A stretch of 63,898 nucleotides of DNA, counting the filler, from Folioceros fuciformis (taxonomy: Eukaryota), in the NCBI GenBank assembly GCA_049999805.1. It is 8 parts of 8 records of this genome, joined end to end, with 100 filler letters (N's around TTAATTAATTAA, not from the genome) between each part and the next. Parts side by side here need not be neighbours in the genome. Positions count along the whole stretch, not along the records: positions 1 to 11,137 come from JBNGIO010003470.1; positions 11,238 to 22,399 come from JBNGIO010003471.1; 6 more parts are not named here. The stretch is one strand, 5' to 3'. Under the pieces are notes generated by a model, which saw nothing but the letters and a program-made list of their open reading frames with translations, did not search any database and had not been told where the DNA came from. This document shows, one piece after another, positions 1-13,548 of this stretch. The stretch's first letter is position 1; the number at the start of each line of letters is the position of its first letter. Both the position numbers and the translations under genes were made by a program.

Positions 1-744
1 TGACATAGGTGTATACGTGAATGCAGATGAACAAGCCTGCTACAAACGTGGCCATGTGATGCAAAAGAACATAAAGACGTTAAGCAGCAAGATAAAACTC
101 TCCACAGTTGTGGACAAAATGAAGAATAAAAGAACTCATTGGGTGTTTCGGAAAAAGGCCATGACCAACCCCTGTTTGTATGCACGACAAGCAAGCAAAC
201 AAGACATTTTTAGAGCCGCGGCTGGTTGCCGCAATGCCTCACCACACGACTACTGCTACCTCTACGGCTACATAGCTACCCGCTGTGCATGCAAGAAAAT
301 TCATCAGGCCCGCCGCTCGCGTGCTTCTTCAGGGCAGCTGCGGAGCGGAACATCAAGGCTAACGCTCATACGCCCAAGCTCATTCTTGGAATTCCAGATC
401 GCACATCACCAGCTGGTAAATAGCAGCTCCGTCTTTCAACTTGCCTTCGAGCCTGTGACTGTACAGTTGCTGACGGTCCAGTTTGTACTATCAAGATCAC
501 AGGTTGCGTCTGGATCTGATATCGAATTGGAAATTGGTTTGCATGCATCGATACAGTGCAAGAATCGGTAGGTTGTGGAATTGCCAAAAAAGAAAAGTTG
601 CTATCTTGGCGTGTATTTTGGAAACGGAAGGAGGTAACAGCGTGACGTGACGGTGGTGCAGTCGAGTGCAGACGTGGTCCAGGAAGTAGGATGCGGCAGT
701 GGAATAATTGCAGCGACCGAAATTGAGCAGTGACAGGCTACAGG

Positions 745-1272
745 ATGACGAGTTCGGAGCGCAATCTGCTGCGGCTGAATGTTCATTTCTTGCGGCTAGA
801 GAAGGAGCTTGACCTGCTGCTGGAGCAGACTGGCGAACTGGCTGAAGAATGTGATGTTAGCCTGGCGCTTACGGAGCTCGTAACCCTGGGCAGGAAGATT
901 GACAAGGGGCTCGAATTTTTCCAAGGCGTGCATGGTTACGGACGAGTCATCCAGCGCGCCTTGATGGTCCTCATGGCAATCGAAAAGATTGAGCAGATTG
1001 TAGGACGTAGCTCTGCGGATCACACTTGGAGCTTCTTCCTCGGAAGCCTCAGCTCGGAAGAGAAGAGAACGGTGGGCATATCGGAGGAGACATTGCGGAC
1101 CTTGGGAGCCTGTCCGATGGAGCTCATCAAGTTCCCGGGTATGCCCGAATCCGATGACAATGCTGAAAGAGTGCCACTGTTGCACGCCGGGGACGACCAC
1201 CCCTTCTGGTGTGAACTCAGTCGGCTTGTGGATCATCCGCCTCCAACTCAGTGTGAGCTGCACCAAGCTTAA
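745..1272 (+). CDS. Hypothetical ~175-aa helical protein (orphan ORF)
   Basis: ATG at 745, open to TAA at 1272, with amphipathic Leu/Glu-rich composition. No family recognised. Confidence 0.35.
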   Translation: MTSSERNLLRLNVHFLRLEKELDLLLEQTGELAEECDVSLALTELVTLGRKIDKGLEFFQGVHGYGRVIQRALMVLMAIEKIEQIVGRSSADHTWSFFLGSLSSEEKRTVGISEETLRTLGACPMELIKFPGMPESDDNAERVPLLHAGDDHPFWCELSRLVDHPPPTQCELHQA

Positions 1273-2219
1273 GGTGATTCTCAAGCTTGGAGGTTATAAA
1301 ACGTTAGGGCATTCAGATTGTCTTGGCGGCACTGTTGTGCCACGGAAGTAGCAGCTTGCATTGTTTGCTCGGATTTCGAGCCGGCGGATGCTTCGTGCAC
1401 AAGCCTTTCAGCAGTTTAGAATGTACCCATTTGGGTGATTGGTGAGGCGTTACTGTGTCACACTGTCACAGATTTAACTGCTGTCTGTATGGATGCGTGC
1501 GGATTGTACTTCCGGCACCCTAGGACCCTAGGTAGGCGGGCCCTAGGTAGGTCCATACATCTGTATCTTCATGTTAGTTGCGGTTTGAACTTACTGTATT
1601 TGGCGGGTATATCTTTGCCGCCACGCCCGACTTTGGGCGGGAAGCTGGGTCGGGGTCGGGAGACCGCTGCTGGATAGACTCGACGCCGTCTGTCCCCCAG
1701 TCCGACCTGGCCCGTGTGGCATCCTTCCCTCCGGAAACGGATCACAACGCGCCGGTGACCGTCCGATGGTCACAAGGTTCGGGGCTCCAGGTCCGGCCCG
1801 GCCTCCGGGCCGATGACGTGGCCGCAGACGCTGTGAGATGCGAGGCGGGCCGCCAGCCGCGAGCTCCTGCCTAGCCAATCCAGCCTGTCCAGCGCTGTCA
1901 GCGTAACGGATCTGCTTCTGCTCGTCATCTGTCGTTGGGGGGGAATCGCTTCTTTCCCACGTCACTCTCGCTCTTTCTGCCTCATGGATTTGCAGCAGCG
2001 GCTGCTGCTGTTGCTGCAGCGTTGCACGAATTTGGTCTTCTCACGATCGGCTTACCAACTATTGCAAGATAGTCGTTCCTTGCTGCTCTTGCACGACATC
2101 GGGAATTGCGTCCCCAGCCACTTCCGAGATTCGCAACAACAGCCGCCTGGCTGGTCACAATTTATCAAGATGGCGCCGGAGAGAGCTTGCTGGTGAGCTA
2201 GGGCAGTGTTTGCGGAGGA

Positions 2220-5200
2220 ATGCACATGGAAGACCGCTTTTGTGGTGAAAGGGCTGGTGCCCTTGTTGACGAGGCGCATGATCTGAGCGCGTTCCATCAC
2301 CATGCTTCGCAGTTGCGGTTGGATGGATCCGTGCAGGATGATTCTCACAATCTTCGTCTCCCGGCTGCTGGAGATCATATCGCTCGGATTGTGCAGCCTG
2401 ACGGCCCGGTGTATCAGTGCGACTCTTCGGAGAGGCAGCAAGCTGGGGCCGTGGACGGCGAGAACCCACGCTGTTCTCAGGACGAGCTCTTTAGGGGGAT
2501 TGGTGAAGCTACTGACCGTCCTGAGCCAGCCTGCATCGATGACCTGCAGAATGACGACGACGGGGAAGAAAAATTGCAACATCTTATGGCTCGCAATGAG
2601 GATGCAGGTGAAGATGACGAGGATGATGTGGATTTCAACCCCTTGGCACAGCTCTCCCNNNNNNNNNNNNNNNNNNNNNNNNNNNNNNNNNNNNNNNNNN
2701 NNNNNNNNNNNNNNNNNNNNNNNNNNNNNNNNNNNNNNNNNNNNNNNNNNNNNNNNNNGCTGAGCAGCCAGGGGAGGAAGAAGAGCAGCACTTCGATGAG
2801 GAGGATGATCTCGTGGAGCTTGGGAGTGAGGTGGAGGAAGAGGAGTACAACTATGAGGAGGAAGATGACGACGAGGGACACGGACAGGCAAAGTATGCCT
2901 GTCAGGTGGAGGGGGAGGAAGCCGAGGTGGAAGCCCAGGGTGGAGGTCAGGACGTCGCTGGAGGCGTCGGTGACCAGGAGTTTGATGCGCCTTCACCTTC
3001 CATTCTTCCCATTGACACCCATGATGCTCTCACTGATCCCCAGCTACCTGTTGACGGTGGCCTGGATCACAACCTACTCGAAGACCAAGTGCATACGTCG
3101 GATGCTATATCCAAGAGAACTCGAGCACACTACTCCCTCACTGACATGTCTCTCGATCAGCTGGAGACGTTCCTGCAAGAGTCGGATGAAGAAGACTACT
3201 TTCCGAATGTAGATGATCAGGAGGAGTACCGCAAGTTCCTTGCTGCAGTTTTAGAAGAAGGAGAGTCGAAGTCAAATGGCGAGCCAAAAAACGAGTCTGT
3301 GCTAGAGGAGGATGATGATGAGGATGATGAAGACTTCGAACTTGAGATCGAGGAGGCACTAGAGAGTGACCGTGAGGACAAGAATGAAGCTAGATCAAGG
3401 AGACGAAGACACCGAATTGAAACGAGAGAGAAACGACGGGAAAGATCTCGAAGGCAGAGGAAAGAGAGGCTTCTTGGCGTTGGGACATCGCAGTTGCGAC
3501 ATTTAGTCCCTTATGTTGGATTCGCACCAGACACACAGTCTTCCCTTCACACCATATGCTCAAGCGATGCCACCAACTTGGCAGCTGCTCTGCACAAGAA
3601 AATTCCGGTCAATGGTTTCACTGCCCATCAAATAGGACAGCTGCATTGCTTGATTCATGAACACCTACAGCTTCTTATTCAGGTCTTTTCTCTTTGCATT
3701 TTGGAGCCGTCGCGGCAACAAGTAGCTATTGACACACACAAGATGCTTGTGGAAATGGTGGAAAAGAGAGACACCATCTTATCTTGGAAGGAGACTGCCT
3801 TTCCTGATTTTTGTTTTAGGCCACCTTATATCCACCCATCCGTTACCGAACCATGTAATTCGGGATCCAGTGACCTTGCTGAGAGACTACCGGGTGAATC
3901 TGAGTGTCTGTCTCGAGGTAACCATAAGAATATGGCACCTAGCTCTGTTGCAGATTTGTGGCATAAACATAGCAAGCTCCTAGTTTAGCCCAGTTTCTCA
4001 TTGCTGTCTGTGTATCATTTTCGTTCCTCCAGTTCTCAGAGATTTTGCTGTACACATATTTCTTGTTCTGCTGCAGATACAGGTGATGATTCACCGATAG
4101 CCAAGTCCACCACTGAGCCCAGCAGTGATCCACGATATCCGTCACCATGGGTGCCATCAACTTCTGGACCTGTCCGTTCTCTGCTTGATGTTGCACCGAT
4201 TTCCATGGTGCGACAGTATCTCACGCAAATTGCTGCTGGTACGTAGTCCTCTTTATCTCCCATTACCAGTCTTGGGCTGAGTTTCTCCAAGGGTTCCCGT
4301 TATCCATCAAGACAAGCTGGAGAAATCCAGTCATGATCCTAAGAAGTTTTTCATTTTTCTGCTTTGAAGTTGTTCAAGACTACAGGCAGCGGCATGTGGA
4401 AAGTGGAAGTTATCACAGTGAATGTGAAAGGGAAACCTTGTTCGCTAGCTCAGTGCCATTGCCTCCTGGCGCTGAGTCTCAGAAACAACAAACTAGCTGG
4501 TCCACGTCAGGGTCAGGAAGTGAGGATGCGGGTGGTCTTTCTTCTTTGAAGCCACATGTGAAGAAGACAATGGCAGCTGCTCTTGTGGAAAGTACAAAAA
4601 GGCAGTGTATAGCTCTGGTTCCTAAGGGGGTTGCTAAAGCAATCCAGCCGTTCCGTCCACTCTTCAACCCAGCTTTTTTTCCTCACAAGCCTCCACCGGC
4701 TGCAACAGCAAATCGGCTGCTGTTTACTGACTCAGAGGATGAGTAAGTATCTCACTGCCTGTAGACGCCTTGTTTATTTCATGGGGGTGTCTATGCCTAC
4801 ATGATGTGGTTGAGGTCGTAGCTGTGGGTTGTGCTTGTGTGCTCTCCTTTTGCAATTAACGTTGTTGGCTACTTGTTGGCTGCTACAGGCTTCTTGCAAT
4901 GGGCTTGATGACGTACAACACTGATTGGAAAGCAATACAGCAGCGATTTCTCCCATCTAAGACTATGCATCAGGTAAGGTCAAAAGTCACGATGTTGTTG
5001 AAGCCGTATGGGATTTCGACGCACACTGATTAATGGTTTGTGTTATCAGATTTTTGTAAGGCAGAAAAATAGGAGTTCAGCAAGGGCCCCTGAGAATTCC
5101 ATTAAGGTTATTTCAGACTTCCAGTCATTTGCATTCCCTGGATCTGTGGTGGCCTCTCTACACACTGACGCTGATGCTGTTGAATGTCAATTCTGGAGCA

Positions 5201-7360
5201 GGCTGTAAGAAGGCTCAAATCATCCACTTTGACAGCAACCGAGAGGGCTTCTATACATGAGGTAAGCACCCTCTTAGGTGATGTAGCTCTTTGCAGGGAC
5301 TACTGTTAGCACCAATTGCTAATGCCTACTATCCCTTGACACCTTACAGAGCGTTAACAAACTTTGCTCTAGAGTTCTGGTCGTATCACCTACGGGAATA
5401 TGTTAGGTGCTTGTGCATTAAAATCTGGTTGAATCTAAATGCGACCATAACATGCGAAGCAACCTAAAACAGGCTGAACACAAAGTTTCGAGGTCTACCT
5501 GGTGTAATTAAGCTTCTATCACCTAGTAGTTTGATCATTGTTTCACTAAATGCAGGCTTTAAGATTCTTCAGATTTGATTGGGCCAAAGTCTGGCAACAT
5601 TCTGTTCCTTATCGTGACCCTGCAATTCTGCCAAGACAATGGCGGATAGCTCAAGGAATCCAGAAGTCACACAAAACTAGACAGATCTGCAAAGAAAGAT
5701 GCAGATCATACGAAGCAAATAGACGCTGCTGCTCACAGTCAAAGAAACGTGTTGCCAGCATAGCTTCTCAGATAGTTAAGGTGAGAGGTGTTTTCTCCTG
5801 TCCAGATCCGAGGGATAGAGGTAAGTAGCTTCTACAGCTATCTGCCCTACGCTGGTAGGAATTCTTCTTGTACTCATGGGAGGAACATATTTGGCAGGTT
5901 TACCAAGGGCCAAGTGGCATTGCAGCTTGTGCCATGAAGCAGAAGCAGCACCCAGAAGACAGCTGTGGTAGTCGAGAGAATGACCTCATCCAAGATGCCT
6001 TCCTGGCAGATTGGAAACCTTACTCTTCTCAAACTATCACTGCTGCTGTTGCCGCTCTATCTGATGCAGAATTGGCATCCAATGGGAGGACAAAACGCAA
6101 GAGAATGAAGGTGCAGACTGCTGAACAGGTGGGAAATAGAACAGTGCAGATGAGGACAACAGCCACTGGGTCCGAGCAGTGTGCAGAACTATCCCCTATA
6201 CCATCTCTCCCTTTCTACCCAGGTGCCAGCTTTCGTGAGCGTCTGCCGCATAACCAATCTTACGGAGTCCACTCTCGCAGAAAACTTGCTATTCGAACCG
6301 TCAAACTTTCACCTGATTTGCCGTCTGTGAACCTTCCTCCTCATGTCCGTGTATTGTCACAGTTTACTGTGCAGAAGCCCCCGTCTTCATTACCATTGTC
6401 ATGTACCTATAGAGGACTGTCTCTTCCTCGTGTCGAGTCACCGGGGTCGCCATGGCCTCCAGTCGCTGATTCTCCTTGTCTAAATACAATGTGTGCACAA
6501 ACTTTTGACCCAGCTATAGGCATGCATGTACAGAAAGGATACAAGGTCAGGCCTCCCTCCGGCAGCTTGACTGCAAAGAAGGTTGGGAGGCAGGCTGGAA
6601 CTGTGGGGGCAAAGGCAGTTCTGGGCGGTGATGAGCCCATCCGGAACAGTATGGTTGGCATTTCCTACGATCAAGTTGCAGGTTTGGATCCCCATGTATG
6701 TCGGCCATCCTGGTCGACAGATGCAGACATTCAGGGACATCCTTCAACTCATGGGGTATCCAGTAAGGATTTTGGACTGTCTCACATGAACTCTTCACCT
6801 CCAGGATATTTTCAGCAGGCAGCCAGGCAGCAGGTAGTTCCCAGATTTCATCCTTTCTTCTGTACTGCCTCCACTGATGGTGCTGGTTCATCGTTCCTGG
6901 CAACTCAAGCTTCACGCCATCCCTCTGTCTCAACACTAGGAGCATCTGGAGCTGTAGGTGATGATTCTCGCCTGAAAGAGCCATCCACCTCGGCTGTTGA
7001 GGGAGAGAGGTCTAACGGCAAAAGCTGCCAGGTGTTGCATGGCCTTTGCGTGGCAGCAGTGTAACTGAGCCTGGAGTTGCAAAATTGCGTATGAGCTCGG
7101 GATTAATGAGCTTACTTGGTGGAGAATCTGTGCTGTTCCTTGCGAAAGGATCGTCTCCCCTTGCACTTCTGAAACCGATGTACGATTTCGGGTTTGAGAT
7201 TTGGTATGAGATGACAAATGATAAGGGATGGAGGAGAACTCGAGAAGAGTAATCTCCTCTGATTCAGATACGTTACCAACGGATGACCAGGGTGCAAGAA
7301 GGTAGCAATCACAGGATCTCTTCTGGAAGGTCTTGTACAAGATGCAGCTGATACAAAGGT
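2220..7360 (+). CDS. DUO3: DUO POLLEN 3 / GON4L-like homeodomain/SANT-like nuclear protein (multi-exon; 3' end approximate)
   Basis: Acidic N-terminus followed by the DUO3-like motifs DAISKRTRAHYSL..LETFLQESDEEDYFPNVDDQEEYRKFLAAVL, FTAHQIGQLHCLIHEHLQLLIQV, FPHKPPPAATANRLLFTDSEDE, LLAMGLMTYNTDWKAIQQRFLPSK, IFVRQKNRSSARAPEN and YRDPAILPRQWRIAQG. GT-AG introns such as 3918-4076 keep the frame. The N gap at 2659-2758 shifts the ORF frame. Confidence 0.85.
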
Positions 7361-8734
7361 GAGTGTTAGACGCATCTCAGATTTTCAACTCTGCAAATTT
7401 TGGGATCTCATGTATCTGTCGAGATGGTACGTCCTCGGTGCTACGTCTTTGGAGACATTCCGTTCTTTTTCTTGCTTATCATGGTGCGTTGACCTGTGTG
7501 CAGTGCGTGTAGTGGGTAATGCACAAGGCCCGTCGACCCCTCTCAGGTGTTTTTAACATGTGCTCGCTGTTAGCTGGCGAAGTGGTTAAGGTCGGCTTTC
7601 AGCCTATCATTTCCGTTGCCTTGCTTGCTGGTACAGTTCATGTTTTAAAAAATCTAGGTTGAAAGACTGTCCCGTTGGCTCACTGTGGAAAATGCAGAGG
7701 TTTCTACTATTATCAGCCATTATGCGCCAGATGCGGGCTTCATGGCAAGTCAGAAAGGGTTCTATTCATGCACTTGGCCCCTCGATGGGCCAAGCGGTGA
7801 ACATGCTCAAGTGCTCCAGCTTGAAGGAAACGCGCCTTCCTTATGTCTTTGGAACCCTAGATTGCATGTACCCAATTAAATTGAAGAATGGTTAGTTTGC
7901 CTTCATGGTTTGTAAAAGCGACATGGCGCTCCTTACCTTCGTGCGCCATGGATTCGAAGTTGTTATCAGACTCAAAAGCTGGGATGGCTGTTGCGCCACT
8001 AAGAAACCCGTCTTGGGTCTTCGCCGTCTGTTCACTGTCTGATAACGGTCACAAACCCATAGCCGTCTTTTGATCGTTAGGCTTTACATAACGATGAATG
8101 TTCTTGTTCGAGCGAAATGAAAGTCGACAGTTGTGTATCATCAAGGGCTGAAATAGATGAGTGCTTAGAGTCTAGGTCTAGTCACATGAGGTAGACGGTA
8201 CAAGGTGCTCTAGGTCTACAAGGTCATAGGATATGCAATTTTGTGGCTCTAAACATTCACTGCCTCCTAGAAGTCCATGCATCCACGGATTTAGCAGGTT
8301 ATAGGAGCTTAGCTTAGAGGCCTTAGAAGTCCATTGGGCCTACCGCTATGTTCTTTTTGTGTTTAGTATATTTTCCCTACACTTACAATATATCTTTGCA
8401 GATAATTTATTTTCTCACAAGGTTTTTGTGAAAATATATTCAGTGTTATTAAAAAAATTCAATCCATCACGTCTAAATGTAGATAAATCTTGGATTCTAG
8501 GCTGGAGATAGTTTTAAGGGATAGAGGAAGATGCAACCACTATCATGTTAGAATTTATAGATTGAAGCCTAGATAGAACTTTTCACTTAGAACATGGAAC
8601 ATGAAGGCGCTCAACGGAGGGTGCGTCGGTTGTGACAATGAACCGTCTCGATGTTGGTTCAGAAAAGGAGAGAGGGCTTCGAATCTACCCCGAGTGCAGC
8701 TGCTGTTGCAGTTTTGCCTTGTGGTTGTGAAGAG

Positions 8735-9698
8735 ATGGCAAGACATATGGCTCTTGCCTGCTGCAAGATGTATGTTTCTGACAGCCGCAACTTGCGAGCT
8801 GTGGAGCGTTTGCAGCAGTCCGCTGCAGCTCACATCATACACACGTTCACGGATACGGAGTACAACAGGGTGGGATTCACTCTTGCGGGAGCGCTGCATC
8901 AGAGCAGCTCTCTTCAGTCTGCAGTGCTAGAGATGGTGCAGGTGGCCATGGACTTCATCGACTTGACACACCACCGCGGCTCGCACCCGAGGCTCGGAGT
9001 GGTGGACCACATTTGTCTGCATCCTCTCGGGAGTGCGTCCTTGGAGGAGGTTGCTGCCTTGGCGCGGTCACTGGCAGCTGAAATCGGAGTCCAGCTACGA
9101 GGTACCCCAGCCTGATGAGTGTCTTTAGTGGTGTCAGCTCAAAGTCCAGGCTCTGAGACAATCGGCTCCGCTGCTCCTGCGACCTGCAGTGCCTACATTC
9201 CTGTACGGAGCCCCACACCAGCAAGGCAGAAGTCTTGCTGACCTCCGTCGGAGTCTTGGCTACTTCAGGTCTGGGTCCCGGGGACTGTGGGAGGGCAGCT
9301 TGCCTGCTCCCCCGACAGCGGTGGCGCCGGACTTTGGGCCTCCCATTTCCAGTGCCGAGAGTGGTGTGCTAGTTGTGGGGGCTTGTGGCTGGGTGACCAA
9401 CTACAATGTTCCGCTCAGATGCAACCATCTCAAGACCGCAGCTCGTATCGCAGCCCAGGTAAGCGAAAGGGGGGGTGGTCTGGCTCAGGTTCAGGCCATG
9501 GCCCTCCTTCACGGGGAAGGATGCATAGAGCTCGCCTGCAATCTTCTCAACACCAAAGTAACAGATGCTGAAGCAGTTCAAATTCGAGTGGCTGAGCTTG
9601 CCACCAGAAGCGGCATCGATGTGATGCCAGGCTATTACACGGGTTATTCCGAGGAACAGGTTCTGCAGTTGGCATGTGACAAGCTATCCAGAAACTAG
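8735..9698 (+). CDS. Glutamate formiminotransferase-like protein (FTCD N-terminal subdomain family); exons 8735-9101 and 9190-9698
   Basis: Motifs CCKMYVSDSRN, FTDTEYNRVGFTL, HRGSHPRLGVVDHICLHPL, VPTFLYG, WVTNYNVPL, VSERGGGL and IELACNLL. An 88-nt GT-AG intron joins the two ORFs in frame. Confidence 0.9.
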
Positions 9699-10236
9699 AA
9701 TACGGATTTTCCCAAAGTCAACCATAGCCTGTACATCCGATTTCACGGCTCTGGCGAGCCACTCTCTTAAACCCACCCAATAATGTCCATCAGACCCTTT
9801 CATTTTTTGTGTGTGTTACATGATGATCAAAAGCAATGTGCTTCCTCTCGCACTCACTGCAGCCAAAGTGCGTACGTACAAACTCTATCACCAGTCAAAA
9901 AAACATAAGTTAGCGAGAGCAATGGCTTCTCCTCAATGGTCTTCTCAGCTGCGGCTGACAACTAGCTAGACCTGGCCGCGCAGAGCAATTGTGGGATGAT
10001 CATCTCTCATGTCCTCTCCTCTTCTCAATGACATGTACTTCTGCTTGCACAATTCCCTGATCCTCCTGCTATTGTACACCAACTGAATCACTGACGGAGA
10101 ATTCATCGGCATGAGCCTCTGAAGCACTCTACCCCCTTGTTAACCGCTGATGTTCCAGATTTGATAACAAAAAAGCATCCTCCACGGATGACCAGGGGCC
10201 GTCAGGAGTGGTTGAACTCGAAATCCCTTCTTGGTT

Positions 10237-10304
10237 GCTACTCCATGGACGGCTTAGTCGCTACTCCACGGACGGCTTGGTTGCTACTCCACAGACGCTT
10301 TAGT
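10237..10304. repeat. 23-bp tandem repeat x3 (GCTACTCCACGGACGGCTTGGTT-like) overlapping the GT92 stop codon
   Basis: Units start at 10237, 10260 and 10283. Confidence 0.75.
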
Positions 10305-11137
10305 ACCAATGGTTAATTCCTCAGATTCCATAAAGGCCCCGGTCCCAGTGGTTTGATCCTCAAATCCCACATACGGCTGAGTCCCAATGGTTCGCTCCTC
10401 AAATTCCTTTACAGAGGGTACCAGGAATGCCATGCTGTCGTCGTACCGAAAGGGCTCTTTATCCACCCACGTAGTTTGTTTGGGGTTCACCACATCGGTG
10501 TAGTTGATGCACAGTTCCCCTTGCTTAGTGATGGTCCCATGGTAATGATAGAACCTTATCTGTGACACCTTGGCTAACGTACTCTGGCCATCCAAATCCT
10601 GGGTCAGATGAACGCCAGCGGAATACACCTGCCTGGCTTGCACAGCATATTTTCGCATCCTCCGTATCTTTTTAAGACTTTTGTACACCAACTTCTCCAT
10701 AGCCCACTCCTCTCTGCACAAAGCACAATATCAAGCAAGAAACATGAGTACAGCACAGTTCGTGCACAGCCATATGGTAACTACTCCCACGAGGCTCCTG
10801 AAAAGTCACCAGACGGCTGCATACCTGGAAGCGGTACGAGTGTGATTGTCGTCCCGTTTGCAGAGCTGCGCACCCATGGGTATCTGCTCGAAGAAGACCT
10901 GCGTGCTCTTGAAGTACCTCTGCATGGCCCCGTCCAGAGACAAGGACGGATCGACGTACAGGTACTCGTCCAGGTCGAAGAAATAAGTCCAATTGGCCAG
11001 AAACTTAGTGCGGAAGAGGCAATCGTTCAGCACCAAGAACTGATTGTGGTAGTAGCCATCGAACACCTCTTGGTCGCGCACATCGTGCACGGTGACCCGC
11101 CCTTGCTTCACCCAGGGCTCTACCACCTTCCATACTC
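10284..11137 (-). CDS. GALS: Glycosyltransferase family 92 / DUF23 beta-1,4-galactan synthase-like, 3' part (5' end lost at the contig junction)
   Basis: Motifs FDGYYHNQFLVLNDCLFR, WTYFFDLDEYLY (DxD), WAMEKLVYK, RKYAVQAR..GVH and RFYHYHGTI. One intron at about 10720-10820. Confidence 0.85.
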
Positions 11138-11237
11138 NNNNNNNNNNNNNNNNNNNNNNNNNNNNNNNNNNNNNNNNNNNNTTAATTAATTAANNNNNNN
11201 NNNNNNNNNNNNNNNNNNNNNNNNNNNNNNNNNNNNN
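11138..11237. other. Artificial contig-joining linker (N44-TTAATTAATTAA-N44). Identical blocks occur at 22400-22499, 32811-32910, 36232-36331, 40588-40687, 48629-48728 and 61218-61317
   Basis: An identical palindromic 12-mer with stop codons in all six frames is centred in each 100-nt N block. Genes are cut abruptly at these points. Confidence 0.95.
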
Positions 11238-13548
11238 CAAACAATCGCAATTCATGTAGGACAATTACCTCCACAGATCTCACAAAAGGCAGAGGAGCTC
11301 TTTGTCCATGTGTGCTCGTGACACGAAGCTTCCAAACTACACTCTCCTTCCCTGCAAAGTCATGTCTGTCTACCGTTACATGCCATTCACCTCGTCACTG
11401 GGTGTACATCCAACCAAAACCAGTTGTGAGCCGCATCTATCTAACGGCTTACGTGTCCAAGCAAATGCACAGCCCACAGAGATTTTGTCTATTCGGACAT
11501 AGGGGGGGACAGAAAGGTGCAAGTTCTTCATGACCCCAGCGACAACCTGCAAAAGGGTGCATCCATCAGCGCATCCGGGACTACAATGCTACAGCCACTG
11601 ACCCATTTCCAGATATTTCTTACCACATCAACTAGACCACGGATGAGCAAGGAAGCATTTTTATCCTTCGGAGTCGCCTAAATCACACAAACGTTTTCAG
11701 CATCCTGACCACTGTCACAGGGTAAAGCACAACACAACCTACAGTGTCTCACGACTCAAGGGAATGTCCTATCCTAGTCACTAGTAAGAAATTGAAAGCA
11801 GATATTTCAGAGCAAATCATCCAGTTTAGCCAACCTGAAGGTTCACGATAACAAGCTTGCCTCCAGCCCTCACTGCCTTAAGCGGCAGATTACATGCTGG
11901 TGTGATTTGCAAGCTGCACGGAAGCTTCAGTATGAAAGGGCAGCCAGAAAGTGGATCAGCGCATCAAAGGGCAAGTGTGACCTCAGAGTCCAAATACCTT
12001 GTTCCGAGGCACAGAACGACATCTGCTTTCTTGCAGTTCTTTTCAGCAAGCCGCAAGTCCTTTGACGGGAGGGCATCCTGCCATCAAAGTCGAAAGCCAG
12101 TCAGAAACAAACGTAAAAGACACATCTGACACGGAAGAATATCTAGGATTCAGGACAAACTGCTGAGCTCATTATGTTTCCAGGAATTATTGACTAATGG
12201 TCCCATGCAACATGGGAAGGACAATTGTGAAGTCCTAAAATGGTTCCCACCTCCCAATCGACAATCGTGTCCACTAATTTTGCCTTGCAACTGGAAACCA
12301 TACACCGTCTGCCTGTTGGCTTCAGGCCTATAGTCTCCACCTCAAAATCTCGGATGTACCTTTAAGTTACAACAGAGGAGTGGTTCAGCCACAGAACAAA
12401 CACAGTCGCATGGTTCTAAGGTAGCATAGCAATGCACGAAAATGTGGTCAGAGAAATCATGCCCATTCTCGGACGCCAATCCAGAGTGCACTTGTTTGGA
12501 TACTCACTCTTTACCACAGGATGGGCATGATTCCCTAAAAGAGTTGCCATGTAGCTCGGCCAACATTTCCCGTGGGATTCCTGAGCGAAGGTGAAGGCCG
12601 TCAATATTCTGTGTCCCGCCAGTCAGGAGCAGAAGAGTTCCGTTATTGCATGCACTTGGCCTACTGCAACCTGGGGTAAGTAACACAGCTAGAGCGACGG
12701 AAACATACCTGGCTGACAATGAACTTGAGAATTCCGGCATGATGTAACTCCACCAGCGCCATGTGCGTGAGACCAGGTCTTGCTTGATGGAAAGGCATGT
12801 CTGTTTTCGGCATCGGTTTGCCTTCCCTCTGCAACGGCACCACAAGGTCATCAAAACAGAGGCAGCAAGGTCAAGAGCTCGTGAACATGATGTGAGAAGG
12901 GTTACTTAGATCGAGAGAGCAAGGACACGAACCTGGAGAGTCCAGATACCCTTCGGACCACGGAAGTCTGGAATACCGCACGAGGTAGAAATACCAGCAC
13001 CAGTGAAGACAACCAGGTGCCGGCTCTGGAATGCCAAACTGACGAAGTTAGCTACACATTTCTCCTGGTGGCTCTCAGTAGCATCATACAAGAAGGACAG
13101 TTGACCGCAATACTCCATCAGCATGATCCACACACCTCTTTGATANNNNNNNNNNNNNNNNNNNNNNNNNNNNNNNNNNNNNNNNNNNNNNNNNNNNNNN
13201 NNNNNNNNNNNNNNNNNNNNNNNNNNNNNNNNNNNNNNNNNNNNNCCTCTTTGATAAGGTTGGCAAGCTCCGTCACCTTCAGAAAGCAGAGTAATGGAAG
13301 CAGTTTCAGTTCAAACCCGCACAGATGCAAGAACAGTTCTGGCAAACAAGACGGAATTGAACAGGACGACAAGGAGAAAGATGCTAGTTCAAATTCCCCC
13401 TCATCAACGGCAGAAGAAACCAGGGAAAGCTTGACGAAGACCGGCATACCTTGGTTTCTAGCACCAAGGGCGAGTCGAACAGCTCAGGCATGCCGACAGT
13501 CCCGACATCAGCTCGAAAGGACAGCTTCTCCGCGTATCCAAGGGACAT
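11238..13548 (-). CDS. SRT1: NAD-dependent protein deacetylase, sirtuin class IV (SIRT6/7-like), multi-exon, 3'-truncated at the contig end
   Basis: N-terminus [22 protein letters not shown], followed by [70 protein letters not shown] and later small exons. Confidence 0.92.

Noticed and set aside
2659-2758. Apparent frameshifts in DUO3 (also ERF 35614-35713, extensin 42019-42118 and orphan 24776-24875)
   Set aside because: The frame changes coincide with fixed-length 100-N placeholders, so they are not evidence of pseudogenisation or programmed frameshifting.
11182-11193. Palindromic TTAATTAATTAA as a regulatory or recombination site
   Set aside because: It is always centred in N blocks and is a synthetic six-frame stop linker.
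13135-13256. Apparent 100-bp unknown insertion in SRT1
   Set aside because: CCTCTTTGATA appears on both sides of the gap. Collapsing it restores an exon end followed by a GT donor, so the gap is artefactual.
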